Assembly: GCF_000195955.2 (NCBI RefSeq)
Contig: NC_000962.3
Location: 630,001-662,000 of the forward strand
Source: Mycobacterium tuberculosis H37Rv
GTDB taxonomy: Bacteria > Actinomycetota > Actinomycetes > Mycobacteriales > Mycobacteriaceae
Direction: 5' to 3'
Length of the DNA stretch: 32,000 bases
The position numbers and the translations under genes are program-made. The notes under the pieces are model-generated. The model had not been told where the DNA came from. It saw only the letters and a program-made list of their open reading frames with translations, and searched no databases. Numbering within the stretch: position 1 is the stretch's first letter; each line of letters starts with the position of its first letter. Shown in pieces: positions 9,012 to 18,535 of this stretch.

Positions 9012-9956
9012 TTAGAAATAGCGCGGAAACGGGCTCCAGTCGGGGGGACGCTTCTGTAGGAAGGCGTCGCGGCCTTCGACGGCCTCGTCGGTCATGTAGG
9101 CCAGGCGGGTGGCCTCACCGGCAAACAGTTGCTGACCCACCAGCCCGTCGTCGAGCAGGTTGAACGCGAACTTCAGCATCCGTTGCGCCTGAGGCGATTT
9201 CGCGTTGATCTCGGCCGCCCACTGCAGCCCCACTGTCTCCAGCTCGGCGTGTTCGGCCACCGCGTTGACCGCGCCCATCTGGTGCATCTGCTCGGCGGTG
9301 TAGGTGCGGCCTAGGAAGAAGATCTCGCGGGCAAACTTCTGGCCGACCTGACGGGCCAGATATGCGCTGCCGTAACCGCCATCGAAGCTGCCGACGTCGG
9401 CGTCGGTCTGCTTGAAGCGGGCGTACTCGCGGCTGGCCAGGGTGAGATCGCAGACCACGTGCAGGCTGTGTCCCCCGCCGGCCGCCCAGCCATTGACCAG
9501 ACAAATGACCACCTTGGGCATGAACCGGATCAGCCGCTGCACCTCCAGGATGTGCAACCGGCCGGCGCGGGCGACATCAACCGTGTCCGCGGTGTCTCCG
9601 CTGGCGTACTGGTAACCGCTGCGCCCACGAATTCGTTGGTCGCCGCCGGAGCAGAACGCCCAGCCGCCGTCCTTCGGGGACGGCCCGTTGCCGGTCAGCA
9701 GCACCACTCCGACGTCGGGCGACATTCGTGCATGGTCGAGCACCCGGTACAGCTCGTCGACGGTGTGCGGGCGAAATGCGTTGCGCACTTCAGGGCGGTT
9801 GAACGCCACCCGCACCGTGGCATCGTCGACGTGGCGGTGGTAGGTGATGTCGGTCAGATCGTCGAACCCGTCCACGAGCCGCCACGCCTTGGCATCAAAA
9901 GGGTTGTCACTCAAGGCTGTTGAACTCCGTCCTTGTTCGCCGGCTGGAGCCACCAC
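9012..9956 (-). CDS. menB: 1,4-dihydroxy-2-naphthoyl-CoA synthase MenB
   Basis: 314 aa crotonase-fold; SGGDQRIRGRSGYQYA, GWAAGGGHSLHVVCDLTLAS, QTDADVGSFDGGYGSAYLARQVGQKFAREIFFLGR. Confidence 0.96.
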   Translation of the reverse strand: MVAPAGEQGRSSTALSDNPFDAKAWRLVDGFDDLTDITYHRHVDDATVRVAFNRPEVRNAFRPHTVDELYRVLDHARMSPDVGVVLLTGNGPSPKDGGWAFCSGGDQRIRGRSGYQYASGDTADTVDVARAGRLHILEVQRLIRFMPKVVICLVNGWAAGGGHSLHVVCDLTLASREYARFKQTDADVGSFDGGYGSAYLARQVGQKFAREIFFLGRTYTAEQMHQMGAVNAVAEHAELETVGLQWAAEINAKSPQAQRMLKFAFNLLDDGLVGQQLFAGEATRLAYMTDEAVEGRDAFLQKRPPDWSPFPRYF

Positions 9957-10227
9957 GGCGATCTGATCCGTTCACCCATGCCTGCCACAGTAATCATGGC
10001 CGCTGGGCGTCAGCCGGACGGTATGGTGCCCGGGGCCTTGGTCACATGTGGTCGTGAGTTGGCGCCCGGGCGGCTTTCTGTGGAGGGTCACCGCGTACTC
10101 GATCATGGCGCTGCTCGCAGTTCATCACCGAACCGGCACAGTGTCGCTCGGCAATGCGGTCTACTCGTGGGGCATGTTAAGCGCTCAACAGGGCGGCGCG
10201 CCCACCTTTCTCCAAGCCCCGCTGGAC

Positions 10228-10641
10228 TCAGCCGATGGCGTGAGCCGAGGGCCAGGCGCGTGCCAATCTTTCGTCGGTGGTCAACAACACCAGACCTGCC
10301 GTTTCGGCCAGCTCGACGTAGAGGGCATCGGTCAGGCGGAGGGTGTCGCGGCGCGACCACGCTCCAGCAAGCAGCGACGAAAGACCGTGTCGAGTCACCG
10401 GCACCTGTCGCAACTCCTCCAGTGCCGCATCGACATAGGCAACGGTGAGTGCGCCGGCGCGCTGCATGCGCCCCAGCGCCGACAACACCTCTGCATCGAA
10501 GTGCGCCGGCGCGTGCATCGCGGTCCGAGCCAGCCGCGCGCGCACCGCAGAGCACCGATCGCTAGTGCGAGCCAGTAGATCCACCATGGCACTCGCGTCG
10601 ACGACCACCTGCTCCGGCGGCGAAGTGGGCGATGCTCTCAC
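10228..10641 (-). CDS. vapC3: PIN-domain toxin VapC3
   Basis: 137 aa; VVDASAMVDLLA, HFDAEVLSALGRM, YVALAETAGLVLLTTDERLARA PIN motifs; overlaps the antitoxin gene by 4 bp. Confidence 0.92.
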   Translation of the reverse strand: MRASPTSPPEQVVVDASAMVDLLARTSDRCSAVRARLARTAMHAPAHFDAEVLSALGRMQRAGALTVAYVDAALEELRQVPVTRHGLSSLLAGAWSRRDTLRLTDALYVELAETAGLVLLTTDERLARAWPSAHAIG

Positions 10642-10904
10642 GCTTCGAACTCATCGCGAGCGGCATCGATCGCACCCAGCACGTCATCATGCCGAGCGCC
10701 GGTGCTTCTGGGTTCCAACCCCTCAAGCCACGCATCGGTTGCGGAGTTCTCCAACTCGGCACTGATCGCGGCCTGAGTCAGCGCCGAGACGTTCAAGCCC
10801 CGCGCCCTGGCGCGCTCCGCCAATTCGTCGGGCACATACACGTTCAACCGAGCCATACACACCAATGTACACACAACGATCGTTTTCGTGCGCCGGCTCA
10901 ACAA
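10638..10904 (-). CDS. vapB3: VapB3 antitoxin (ribbon-helix-helix)
   Basis: 88 aa ORF; MARLNVYVPDELAERARARGLNVSALTQAAI is a canonical RHH N-terminus, so the real start is probably 10856. Confidence 0.88.
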   Translation of the reverse strand: MLSRRTKTIVVCTLVCMARLNVYVPDELAERARARGLNVSALTQAAISAELENSATDAWLEGLEPRSTGARHDDVLGAIDAARDEFEA

Positions 10905-11095
10905 GGCCTTCGGCGGGTTCTTTCGCCCGCCGCAGACCGCGAAACCCGCTGTGAAGGTGGGTTATCCCGAGCATCGCCGGCATATCTGCACGGCATCGGC
11001 GGCGTCAAGTGCGCCGGCATCGCCAGGCCGAAGGCCGGGGTGAAGACTAATCCAGATCAGATGCGAGGGACCAGACTTCATGCAACGGCCAAGCC

Positions 11096-12811
11096 CTAGC
11101 CGACCGCGCGCCCAGCGCCTTCCCAGAACCGTGCGCGCACGGCCTTCTTGTCCGGCTTTCCTAGACCGGTCAACGGCAAAGAGTCGACGACCACCACCCG
11201 CTTGGGTGCCTGCACCGATCCCTTGCGTTGTTTGACCGCTGCCTGGATCTCGGCGGTCATGGCCTCGATCGCGGGCTCATCGCGGGCCGCGTTGGAGCGC
11301 AACACCACCACCGCGGTGACGGCCTCGCCCCACTTCTCATCCGGCGCGCCAACCACGCACACCTGAGCAACCGCCGGATGCTCGGCCACCACGTCCTCGA
11401 CCTCCCGGGGGAACACGTTGAAGCCGCCGGTGACGATCATGTCCTTGACGCGGTCGACGATGTAGTAGAAGCCATCGGAGTCCTCGCGGGCCAGGTCGCC
11501 GGTGTGCAGCCAGCCGTCTTTAAAAGTCCGCGACGTCTCGTCTGGCAGATTCCAGTAACCGCCCGCCAACAGCGGTCCGCTGACACAGATTTCGCCGACT
11601 TCGCCCTGCTTCACCGGCTTGCCATGCTCGTCTAACAGCGCGACGCGGGCGAACAGCGTCGGCCGCCCACATGAGGTCAGCCGCTTCTCGTCGTGATCGC
11701 CCTTGGCCAGATAGGTGATCACCATGGGCGCCTCGGATTGCCCGTAGTACTGGGCGAAGATTGGGCCGAACCGCCGGATCGCCTCGGCTAGTCGCACCGG
11801 GTTGATCGCCGAGGCGCCGTAGTAGACGGTTTCCAGCGACGACAGGTCCCGGGTGTGCGAATCCGGGTGGTCCAGCAGCGCGTACAGCATCGATGGCACC
11901 AACATGGTCGCTGTAATGCGTTGCTCCTCAATGATTCTGAGTACCTCGGCCGGGTCGAACTTCGCCAGCACTATCATCTCGCCGCCCTTGATCACCGTCG
12001 GCGTGAAAAACGCCGCGCCGGCGTGCGACAGCGGGGTGCACATTAAGAACCGCGGGTTGGCCGGCCACTCCCATTCGGCGAGCTGGATCGAGGTCATGGT
12101 GGCGATCGACTGCGCGGTGCCTATCACGCCCTTAGGCTTGCCGGTGGTGCCGCCGGTGTAAGTCAGGCCGATAACTTGGTCGGGTGGCAGGTCGGCGGCG
12201 ACCAGCGGCTGCGGCTGGTATTTGGCGGCCTCGGCGGATAGGTCGACTGCCACATGCTTGAGCGCATCGGGCACCGGCCCAATGGTGAGGATTTGCTGCA
12301 GCGAGTCCACCTGCTCCAGCAGAGCCAGTGCGCGCTCGACGAACATCGGGTTGGGGTCGATGATCAGTGAGCTGATGCCGGCGTCGTTCAGCACGTAGGC
12401 GTGATCGGCCAGCGAGCCCAACGGGTGCAGCGCGGTGCGCCGATAACCGCGGGCCTGCCCGGCGCCGATGATCATCAAAACTTCAGGACGGTTGAGCGAC
12501 AGCAGACCGACCGCCACCCCGGTGCCGGCACCTAGCGCCTCGAATGCCTGGATGTACTGGCTGATACGGTCCGCCAGCTGGCCACCGGTCAGCCTGGTGT
12601 CGCCGAGGAACAGCACCGGCTTGTTCTGGTGGCGCTTGAGCGCTCCCACTAGCAGATGGCCGTTGTGGGTCGGGCTGCGCAACAGCTCGCCCGAACAATC
12701 CTGGTCACGCATGGCGCCGCTCTCCCTCGCTAGCTGGGGTACCCCCACCGCATCGCTTCGTCCCCCGCAAGCGGGTGGTACCCCCACTGCATCGTCGCCG
12801 GCGGTGCTCAT
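11096..12811 (-). CDS. fadD8: Fatty-acid-CoA ligase FadD8
   Basis: 571 aa; LTYTGGTTGKPKGVIGT, GWLHTGDLAREDSDGFYYIVDRVKDMIVTGGFNVFPREVE. Confidence 0.92.
   Translation of the reverse strand: MSTAGDDAVGVPPACGGRSDAVGVPQLARESGAMRDQDCSGELLRSPTHNGHLLVGALKRHQNKPVLFLGDTRLTGGQLADRISQYIQAFEALGAGTGVAVGLLSLNRPEVLMIIGAGQARGYRRTALHPLGSLADHAYVLNDAGISSLIIDPNPMFVERALALLEQVDSLQQILTIGPVPDALKHVAVDLSAEAAKYQPQPLVAADLPPDQVIGLTYTGGTTGKPKGVIGTAQSIATMTSIQLAEWEWPANPRFLMCTPLSHAGAAFFTPTVIKGGEMIVLAKFDPAEVLRIIEEQRITATMLVPSMLYALLDHPDSHTRDLSSLETVYYGASAINPVRLAEAIRRFGPIFAQYYGQSEAPMVITYLAKGDHDEKRLTSCGRPTLFARVALLDEHGKPVKQGEVGEICVSGPLLAGGYWNLPDETSRTFKDGWLHTGDLAREDSDGFYYIVDRVKDMIVTGGFNVFPREVEDVVAEHPAVAQVCVVGAPDEKWGEAVTAVVVLRSNAARDEPAIEAMTAEIQAAVKQRKGSVQAPKRVVVVDSLPLTGLGKPDKKAVRARFWEGAGRAVG
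12736..12794. repeat. Two near-identical 20-bp direct repeats built around a KpnI-like palindrome
   Basis: GGGGTACCCCCACCGCATCG (12736-12755) and GTGGTACCCCCACTGCATCG (12775-12794), 18/20 identical, 39 bp apart; hairpin cccgcaagcggg between them. Confidence 0.8.
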
Positions 12812-12888
12812 CTGGCAAGACTAGAACGTGTTGCAATTTGGATCTGCCGTGCCCTCGTAATCTCGAAGGATCACTACGCTTGGAGCCC

Positions 12889-14493
12889 ATGGCCGATGCA
12901 GACCTCGTCATGACCGGAACCGTGCTCACCGTCGACGATGCGCGGCCAACGGCCGAGGCGATCGCGGTCGCCGACGGCCGGGTCATTGCCGTCGGTGACC
13001 GGTCCGAGGTTGCCGGCCTGGTTGGCGCCAACACCCGGGTCATCGATCTGGGTGCCGGGTGCGTCATGCCAGGATTTGTTGAGGCACACGGCCATCCGCT
13101 ACTGGAGGCGGTCGTGCTGTCGGACCGGTTCGTCGATATCCGTCCGGTGACGATGCGGGACGCGGACGACGTCGTTGCCGCGATCCGCGGCGAGGTTGCA
13201 CGGCGCGGCCCGGCCGGCGCCTATCTGGTCGGCTGGGATCCGCTGCTGCAGTCCGGTCTTGGCGAGCCGACGCTGACCTGGCTCGACAGCCTCGCGCCGA
13301 ACGGGCCGCTGGTGATCATCCACAACTCCGGACACAAGGCTTACTTCAACTCGCACGCCGCCTGGCTCAATGGGCTCACCCGAGACACCGCGGATCCCAA
13401 GGGCGCGAAGTATGGCCGCGACGGCAATGGCGAACTCGACGGCACCGCCGAGGAAATCGGCGCGATTCTTCCGCTTTTGGCCGGTGTAGCCGACCCCAGC
13501 AACTTCGGTGCCATGCTGCGCGCCGAGTGTGCTCGGCTCAACCGTGCCGGCCTGACCACATGCTCGGAGATGGCTTTTGACCCAGGGTATCGGCCGATGG
13601 TCGAGGCGGTGCGCGCCGAACTGACGGTCCGGCTGTGCACCTACGAGATCTCCAATGCGCGGATGTGCACCGATGCGACGCCTGGGCAAGGTGACGACAT
13701 GCTGCGCCAGGTGGGCATCAAGATCTGGGTGGACGGCTCGCCGTGGGTCGGCAATATCGATCTGACCTTTCCCTACCTGGACACCCCCGCCACCCGTGCC
13801 ATCGGTGTACCGCCCGGTTCCCGCGGGTGCGCCAATTACACCCGTGAACAGTTGGCCGAAATCGTCGGGGCCTACTTTCCGCGGGGCTGGCAGATCGCCT
13901 GTCACGTGCACGGCGACGGCGGTGTGGACACCATCCTCGACGTCTACGAAGAGGCACTGCGCCGCAATCCTCGAGACGATCACCGGCTGCGGCTCGAACA
14001 CGTCGGGGCCATCCGGCCCGACCAACTGCGGCGCGCCGCCGAACTCGGTGTCACCTGCAGCATCTTCGTCGACCAGATCCATTACTGGGGCGATGTGATC
14101 GTCGATGACCTGTTCGGGGCACAGCGCGGGTCCCGGTGGATGCCGGCTGGATCCGCGGTGGCCGCCGGCATGCGTATCTCGCTGCACAACGACCCGCCCG
14201 TCACACCGGAGGAGCCACTGCGCAACATCAGCGTGGCCGCAACCCGGGTGGCGCCCAGTGGCCGGGTGCTGGCACCGGAGGAGCGCCTGACGGTCGAGCA
14301 GGCGATTCGCGCGCAGACCATCGATGCCGCCTGGCAACTGTTCGCTGAGGACGCGATCGGCTCGCTTCAGGTCGGCAAGTACGCGGATATGGTGGTGCTG
14401 TCGGCGGATCCCCGGACGGTGCCGCCAGAGCAGATCGCCGACCTGGCGGTGCGGGCGACGTTTCTGGCCGGTCGCCAGGTTTATCGGCGGTGA
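12889..14493 (+). CDS. Amidohydrolase family 3 (YtcJ-like) protein (Rv0552-like)
   Basis: 534 aa; VMPGFVEAHGHP, CHVHGDGGVDTILD, SLHNDPPVTPEEPLRNI, VLSADPRTVP. Confidence 0.88.
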   Translation: MADADLVMTGTVLTVDDARPTAEAIAVADGRVIAVGDRSEVAGLVGANTRVIDLGAGCVMPGFVEAHGHPLLEAVVLSDRFVDIRPVTMRDADDVVAAIRGEVARRGPAGAYLVGWDPLLQSGLGEPTLTWLDSLAPNGPLVIIHNSGHKAYFNSHAAWLNGLTRDTADPKGAKYGRDGNGELDGTAEEIGAILPLLAGVADPSNFGAMLRAECARLNRAGLTTCSEMAFDPGYRPMVEAVRAELTVRLCTYEISNARMCTDATPGQGDDMLRQVGIKIWVDGSPWVGNIDLTFPYLDTPATRAIGVPPGSRGCANYTREQLAEIVGAYFPRGWQIACHVHGDGGVDTILDVYEEALRRNPRDDHRLRLEHVGAIRPDQLRRAAELGVTCSIFVDQIHYWGDVIVDDLFGAQRGSRWMPAGSAVAAGMRISLHNDPPVTPEEPLRNISVAATRVAPSGRVLAPEERLTVEQAIRAQTIDAAWQLFAEDAIGSLQVGKYADMVVLSADPRTVPPEQIADLAVRATFLAGRQVYRR

Positions 14494-15470
14494 TACCCGT
14501 GCTGCCCCCCCTAGAAGCCCTGCTGGACCGCCTGTATGTGGTGGCCCTGCCGATGCGAGTGCGTTTCCGCGGCATCACCACCCGTGAAGTGGCCTTGATC
14601 GAGGGTCCGGCCGGTTGGGGCGAATTCGGTGCGTTCGTGGAGTACCAGTCCGCGCAGGCGTGCGCGTGGTTGGCGTCGGCGATCGAGACCGCCTACTGTG
14701 CGCCGCCGCCGGTGCGACGTGACCGCGTTCCGATTAACGCCACTGTGCCGGCCGTTGCCGCCGCCCAGGTGGGCGAGGTGCTGGCCCGGTTTCCTGGGGC
14801 CCGGACGGCCAAGGTGAAGGTCGCCGAGCCTGGGCAGAGCTTGGCCGACGACATCGAGCGTGTCAACGCGGTTCGGGAGCTGGTTCCCATGGTGCGGGTG
14901 GACGCCAACGGTGGCTGGGGTGTCGCCGAGGCGGTGGCCGCGGCGGCCGCCCTGACCGCCGACGGCCCGCTGGAATACCTTGAACAACCCTGTGCCACCG
15001 TCGCCGAACTCGCCGAGTTGCGCCGGCGGGTGGATGTGCCGATCGCCGCCGACGAAAGCATCCGCAAGGCCGAGGATCCGTTGGCCGTTGTCCGCGCTCA
15101 GGCCGCCGATATCGCGGTGCTGAAGGTCGCCCCGCTGGGCGGTATTTCGGCGCTGCTTGATATCGCGGCGCGGATCGCCGTTCCGGTGGTGGTCTCCAGC
15201 GCGCTCGATTCCGCCGTCGGAATCGCCGCCGGCCTGACCGCCGCCGCGGCCCTGCCGGAGCTCGACCACGCGTGCGGGCTGGGCACCGGCGGGCTGTTTG
15301 AAGAGGACGTGGCCGAGCCCGCAGCACCCGTCGACGGCTTTCTGGCAGTTGCGCGGACAACGCCCGACCCGGCGCGGTTGCAAGCCCTGGGTGCACCGCC
15401 GCAGCGGCGACAGTGGTGGATCGACCGGGTCAAGGCCTGCTACTCGTTGCTTGTACCGTCTTTCGGGTGA
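14490..15470 (+). CDS. menC: o-succinylbenzoate synthase MenC
   Basis: 326 aa enolase superfamily; AKVKVAEPG, VRVDANGGW, YLEQPC, ADESIRK, LKVAPLGG; 4-bp overlap with upstream gene. Confidence 0.93.
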   Translation: MIPVLPPLEALLDRLYVVALPMRVRFRGITTREVALIEGPAGWGEFGAFVEYQSAQACAWLASAIETAYCAPPPVRRDRVPINATVPAVAAAQVGEVLARFPGARTAKVKVAEPGQSLADDIERVNAVRELVPMVRVDANGGWGVAEAVAAAAALTADGPLEYLEQPCATVAELAELRRRVDVPIAADESIRKAEDPLAVVRAQAADIAVLKVAPLGGISALLDIAARIAVPVVVSSALDSAVGIAAGLTAAAALPELDHACGLGTGGLFEEDVAEPAAPVDGFLAVARTTPDPARLQALGAPPQRRQWWIDRVKACYSLLVPSFG

Positions 15471-16255
15471 TCAACCTGGCCTACGACGACAACGGGACCG
15501 GTGACCCGGTGGTCTTTATCGCCGGCCGCGGCGGCGCCGGACGCACCTGGCACCCACATCAAGTCCCGGCCTTTCTGGCGGCTGGATATCGGTGCATCAC
15601 GTTCGACAATCGGGGCATCGGCGCCACCGAAAACGCCGAAGGCTTCACCACGCAAACCATGGTCGCCGACACCGCGGCGCTGATCGAAACCCTAGACATC
15701 GCCCCGGCGCGCGTTGTCGGGGTGTCGATGGGGGCATTCATCGCGCAGGAACTCATGGTGGTCGCACCCGAGCTGGTCAGCTCGGCGGTGCTGATGGCCA
15801 CTCGCGGCCGCCTGGACCGCGCCCGCCAGTTCTTTAACAAAGCCGAGGCCGAACTCTATGACTCGGGTGTCCAGCTGCCACCCACATACGACGCGAGGGC
15901 TCGCTTACTGGAGAACTTCTCCCGAAAGACGCTCAACGATGACGTGGCCGTTGGCGACTGGATCGCGATGTTTTCCATGTGGCCGATTAAGTCCACCCCC
16001 GGACTGCGCTGTCAGCTAGATTGCGCTCCGCAGACCAACCGGCTGCCCGCCTACCGCAACATCGCCGCGCCGGTGCTGGTGATTGGTTTCGCCGACGACG
16101 TGGTGACGCCGCCCTACCTGGGTCGGGAGGTCGCCGACGCCCTGCCGAACGGCCGTTACCTGCAGATACCTGACGCCGGTCATCTCGGGTTCTTCGAGCG
16201 GCCGGAAGCCGTCAACACCGCGATGCTGAAGTTCTTCGCCAGTGTCAAGGCCTGA
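15467..16255 (+). CDS. bpoC: Alpha/beta hydrolase, annotated as bromoperoxidase BpoC; possible MenH
   Basis: 262 aa; RGGAGRTW, FDNRGIGATE, GVSMGAFIAQELM, DDVVTPP, DAGHLGFFERPE catalytic Ser/Asp/His pattern; lies between menC and menD. Confidence 0.9.
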   Translation: MINLAYDDNGTGDPVVFIAGRGGAGRTWHPHQVPAFLAAGYRCITFDNRGIGATENAEGFTTQTMVADTAALIETLDIAPARVVGVSMGAFIAQELMVVAPELVSSAVLMATRGRLDRARQFFNKAEAELYDSGVQLPPTYDARARLLENFSRKTLNDDVAVGDWIAMFSMWPIKSTPGLRCQLDCAPQTNRLPAYRNIAAPVLVIGFADDVVTPPYLGREVADALPNGRYLQIPDAGHLGFFERPEAVNTAMLKFFASVKA

Positions 16256-16297
16256 GCGCGGCCCGGCCATACGGTCCGGCTGTGACACTCTGTACTG

Positions 16298-17962
16298 GTG
16301 AACCCCTCGACGACACAGGCGCGCGTCGTCGTCGACGAACTGATCCGCGGCGGCGTTCGCGACGTGGTGCTGTGTCCGGGCTCGCGCAATGCGCCGCTGG
16401 CCTTCGCGCTGCAGGACGCCGACCGGTCCGGCCGGATCCGGTTGCACGTTCGCATCGATGAACGCACCGCCGGCTACCTGGCCATCGGGCTGGCAATCGG
16501 GGCGGGCGCGCCGGTGTGTGTCGCGATGACATCCGGCACCGCCGTGGCCAACCTCGGTCCGGCGGTGGTGGAGGCAAACTACGCTCGGGTGCCGCTGATC
16601 GTGCTGTCAGCCAATCGGCCCTACGAGCTGCTGGGCACCGGCGCCAACCAGACCATGGAACAGCTGGGCTATTTCGGCACCCAGGTGCGCGCCAGCATCA
16701 GCCTGGGGCTGGCCGAGGACGCACCCGAGCGGACCTCGGCGCTCAACGCGACCTGGCGATCGGCTACGTGCCGAGTGTTGGCGGCCGCCACGGGTGCTCG
16801 CACCGCCAACGCGGGCCCCGTGCACTTCGACATCCCGCTGCGCGAACCGCTGGTGCCCGATCCCGAGCCCCTCGGCGCGGTCACCCCGCCGGGCCGGCCT
16901 GCTGGCAAGCCGTGGACCTACACGCCGCCGGTCACCTTCGACCAGCCACTGGACATCGACCTGTCGGTCGACACCGTGGTCATCTCCGGGCATGGCGCTG
17001 GCGTGCACCCCAACCTCGCGGCGTTGCCGACCGTCGCAGAACCGACGGCGCCGCGGTCCGGGGACAACCCGTTGCACCCGCTGGCGCTGCCGCTGCTGCG
17101 CCCTCAACAGGTGATCATGCTGGGCCGGCCGACACTGCATCGTCCGGTATCGGTGCTGCTGGCCGACGCAGAAGTGCCGGTATTCGCATTGACAACCGGT
17201 CCACGCTGGCCGGATGTCTCGGGTAACTCGCAGGCCACCGGCACGCGGGCGGTCACCACCGGCGCGCCGCGGCCCGCGTGGCTGGACCGGTGTGCGGCGA
17301 TGAACCGGCACGCGATCGCGGCGGTTCGGGAACAGCTCGCGGCGCACCCGTTGACCACCGGGCTGCATGTCGCGGCGGCGGTGTCGCATGCGCTGCGGCC
17401 CGGTGACCAGCTGGTGCTCGGGGCATCCAATCCGGTGCGGGATGTGGCGTTGGCCGGTTTGGACACCCGCGGCATCCGGGTACGGTCCAACCGTGGGGTC
17501 GCCGGCATCGACGGCACCGTGTCCACCGCGATCGGGGCGGCCCTAGCTTATGAGGGGGCTCACGAGCGCACCGGCAGCCCGGACTCCCCGCCCCGCACCA
17601 TCGCACTGATCGGCGACCTGACGTTCGTGCACGACAGCTCCGGGCTGTTGATCGGGCCGACCGAACCGATACCGCGGTCATTGACCATCGTGGTGTCTAA
17701 TGACAACGGCGGCGGCATCTTCGAATTGCTCGAGCAGGGTGATCCCAGGTTCTCCGACGTGTCATCGCGAATCTTCGGCACCCCACACGACGTCGATGTG
17801 GGCGCATTGTGCCGCGCCTACCACGTGGAATCTCGCCAGATCGAGGTCGACGAACTCGGACCGACCCTCGATCAACCCGGTGCCGGCATGCGCGTGCTCG
17901 AGGTCAAGGCCGACCGGTCGTCGTTGCGACAATTGCACGCCGCCATCAAGGCGGCTCTGTGA
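16298..17962 (+). CDS. menD: SEPHCHC synthase MenD (thiamin-diphosphate enzyme)
   Basis: 554 aa; [60 protein letters not shown]. Confidence 0.96.
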   Translation: MNPSTTQARVVVDELIRGGVRDVVLCPGSRNAPLAFALQDADRSGRIRLHVRIDERTAGYLAIGLAIGAGAPVCVAMTSGTAVANLGPAVVEANYARVPLIVLSANRPYELLGTGANQTMEQLGYFGTQVRASISLGLAEDAPERTSALNATWRSATCRVLAAATGARTANAGPVHFDIPLREPLVPDPEPLGAVTPPGRPAGKPWTYTPPVTFDQPLDIDLSVDTVVISGHGAGVHPNLAALPTVAEPTAPRSGDNPLHPLALPLLRPQQVIMLGRPTLHRPVSVLLADAEVPVFALTTGPRWPDVSGNSQATGTRAVTTGAPRPAWLDRCAAMNRHAIAAVREQLAAHPLTTGLHVAAAVSHALRPGDQLVLGASNPVRDVALAGLDTRGIRVRSNRGVAGIDGTVSTAIGAALAYEGAHERTGSPDSPPRTIALIGDLTFVHDSSGLLIGPTEPIPRSLTIVVSNDNGGGIFELLEQGDPRFSDVSSRIFGTPHDVDVGALCRAYHVESRQIEVDELGPTLDQPGAGMRVLEVKADRSSLRQLHAAIKAAL

Positions 17963-18474
17963 TATCACCGAAACCCCTGCTGCACATCCTGATTCATGGG
18001 CTCAGTGATGAACTGCCCGATACTCGAGGCAGGATCGTGCTGCGCTGGTTACGAATCGCCGTCCTGATAGTGACCGGTTTGGTCACGCTGCAGTCGGTGC
18101 TTCTGGTGGCTGGTGCGTGGCGCAATGACATTGCGATCCAACGTAATATGGGGGTCGCGCAGGCTGAGGTGCTCAGCGCCGGGCCGCGGCGTTCGACGAT
18201 CGAGTTTGTCACACCGGATCGGATCACCTATCGGCCGCAACTCGGTGTGCTGTATCCGTCCGAATTATCCACGGGCATGCGAATTTACGTTGAGTACAAC
18301 AAGAGGGATCCCAACCTGGTCAGAGTGCAGCACCGTAACGCCGGACTGGCGATCATCCCGGCCGGGTCCATCGCGGTGGTGGCCTGGCTGATCGCCGCCG
18401 CCGCGCTGGTCGTGCTAGCGGTGCTGGACAAGCGGTTGGAACGTCGTGAAAATTCGGCGTCTGCAACGGGCTGA
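17959..18474 (+). CDS. Small membrane protein, DUF3592-like (Rv0556-like)
   Basis: 171 aa from GTG with 4-bp overlap with menD; two hydrophobic segments. Confidence 0.82.
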   Translation: MISPKPLLHILIHGLSDELPDTRGRIVLRWLRIAVLIVTGLVTLQSVLLVAGAWRNDIAIQRNMGVAQAEVLSAGPRRSTIEFVTPDRITYRPQLGVLYPSELSTGMRIYVEYNKRDPNLVRVQHRNAGLAIIPAGSIAVVAWLIAAAALVVLAVLDKRLERRENSASATG

Positions 18475-18535
18475 GCAGCAGAGTTCGCACGCCGTATGCC
18501 GCTACGCAACCATTTCGACAGCCGGCGCTGACAGT

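Noticed and set aside
10048-10578. Plus-strand ORFs in the menB/vapC3 gap and over vapC3 (176 and 171 aa)
   Set aside because: They run antisense through a clear PIN-domain gene, lack motifs and a convincing RBS, and look like high-GC shadow ORFs.
13099-14337. 412 aa minus-strand ORF over the amidohydrolase
   Set aside because: Antisense to a gene with clear amidohydrolase motifs; typical GC-rich shadow ORF.
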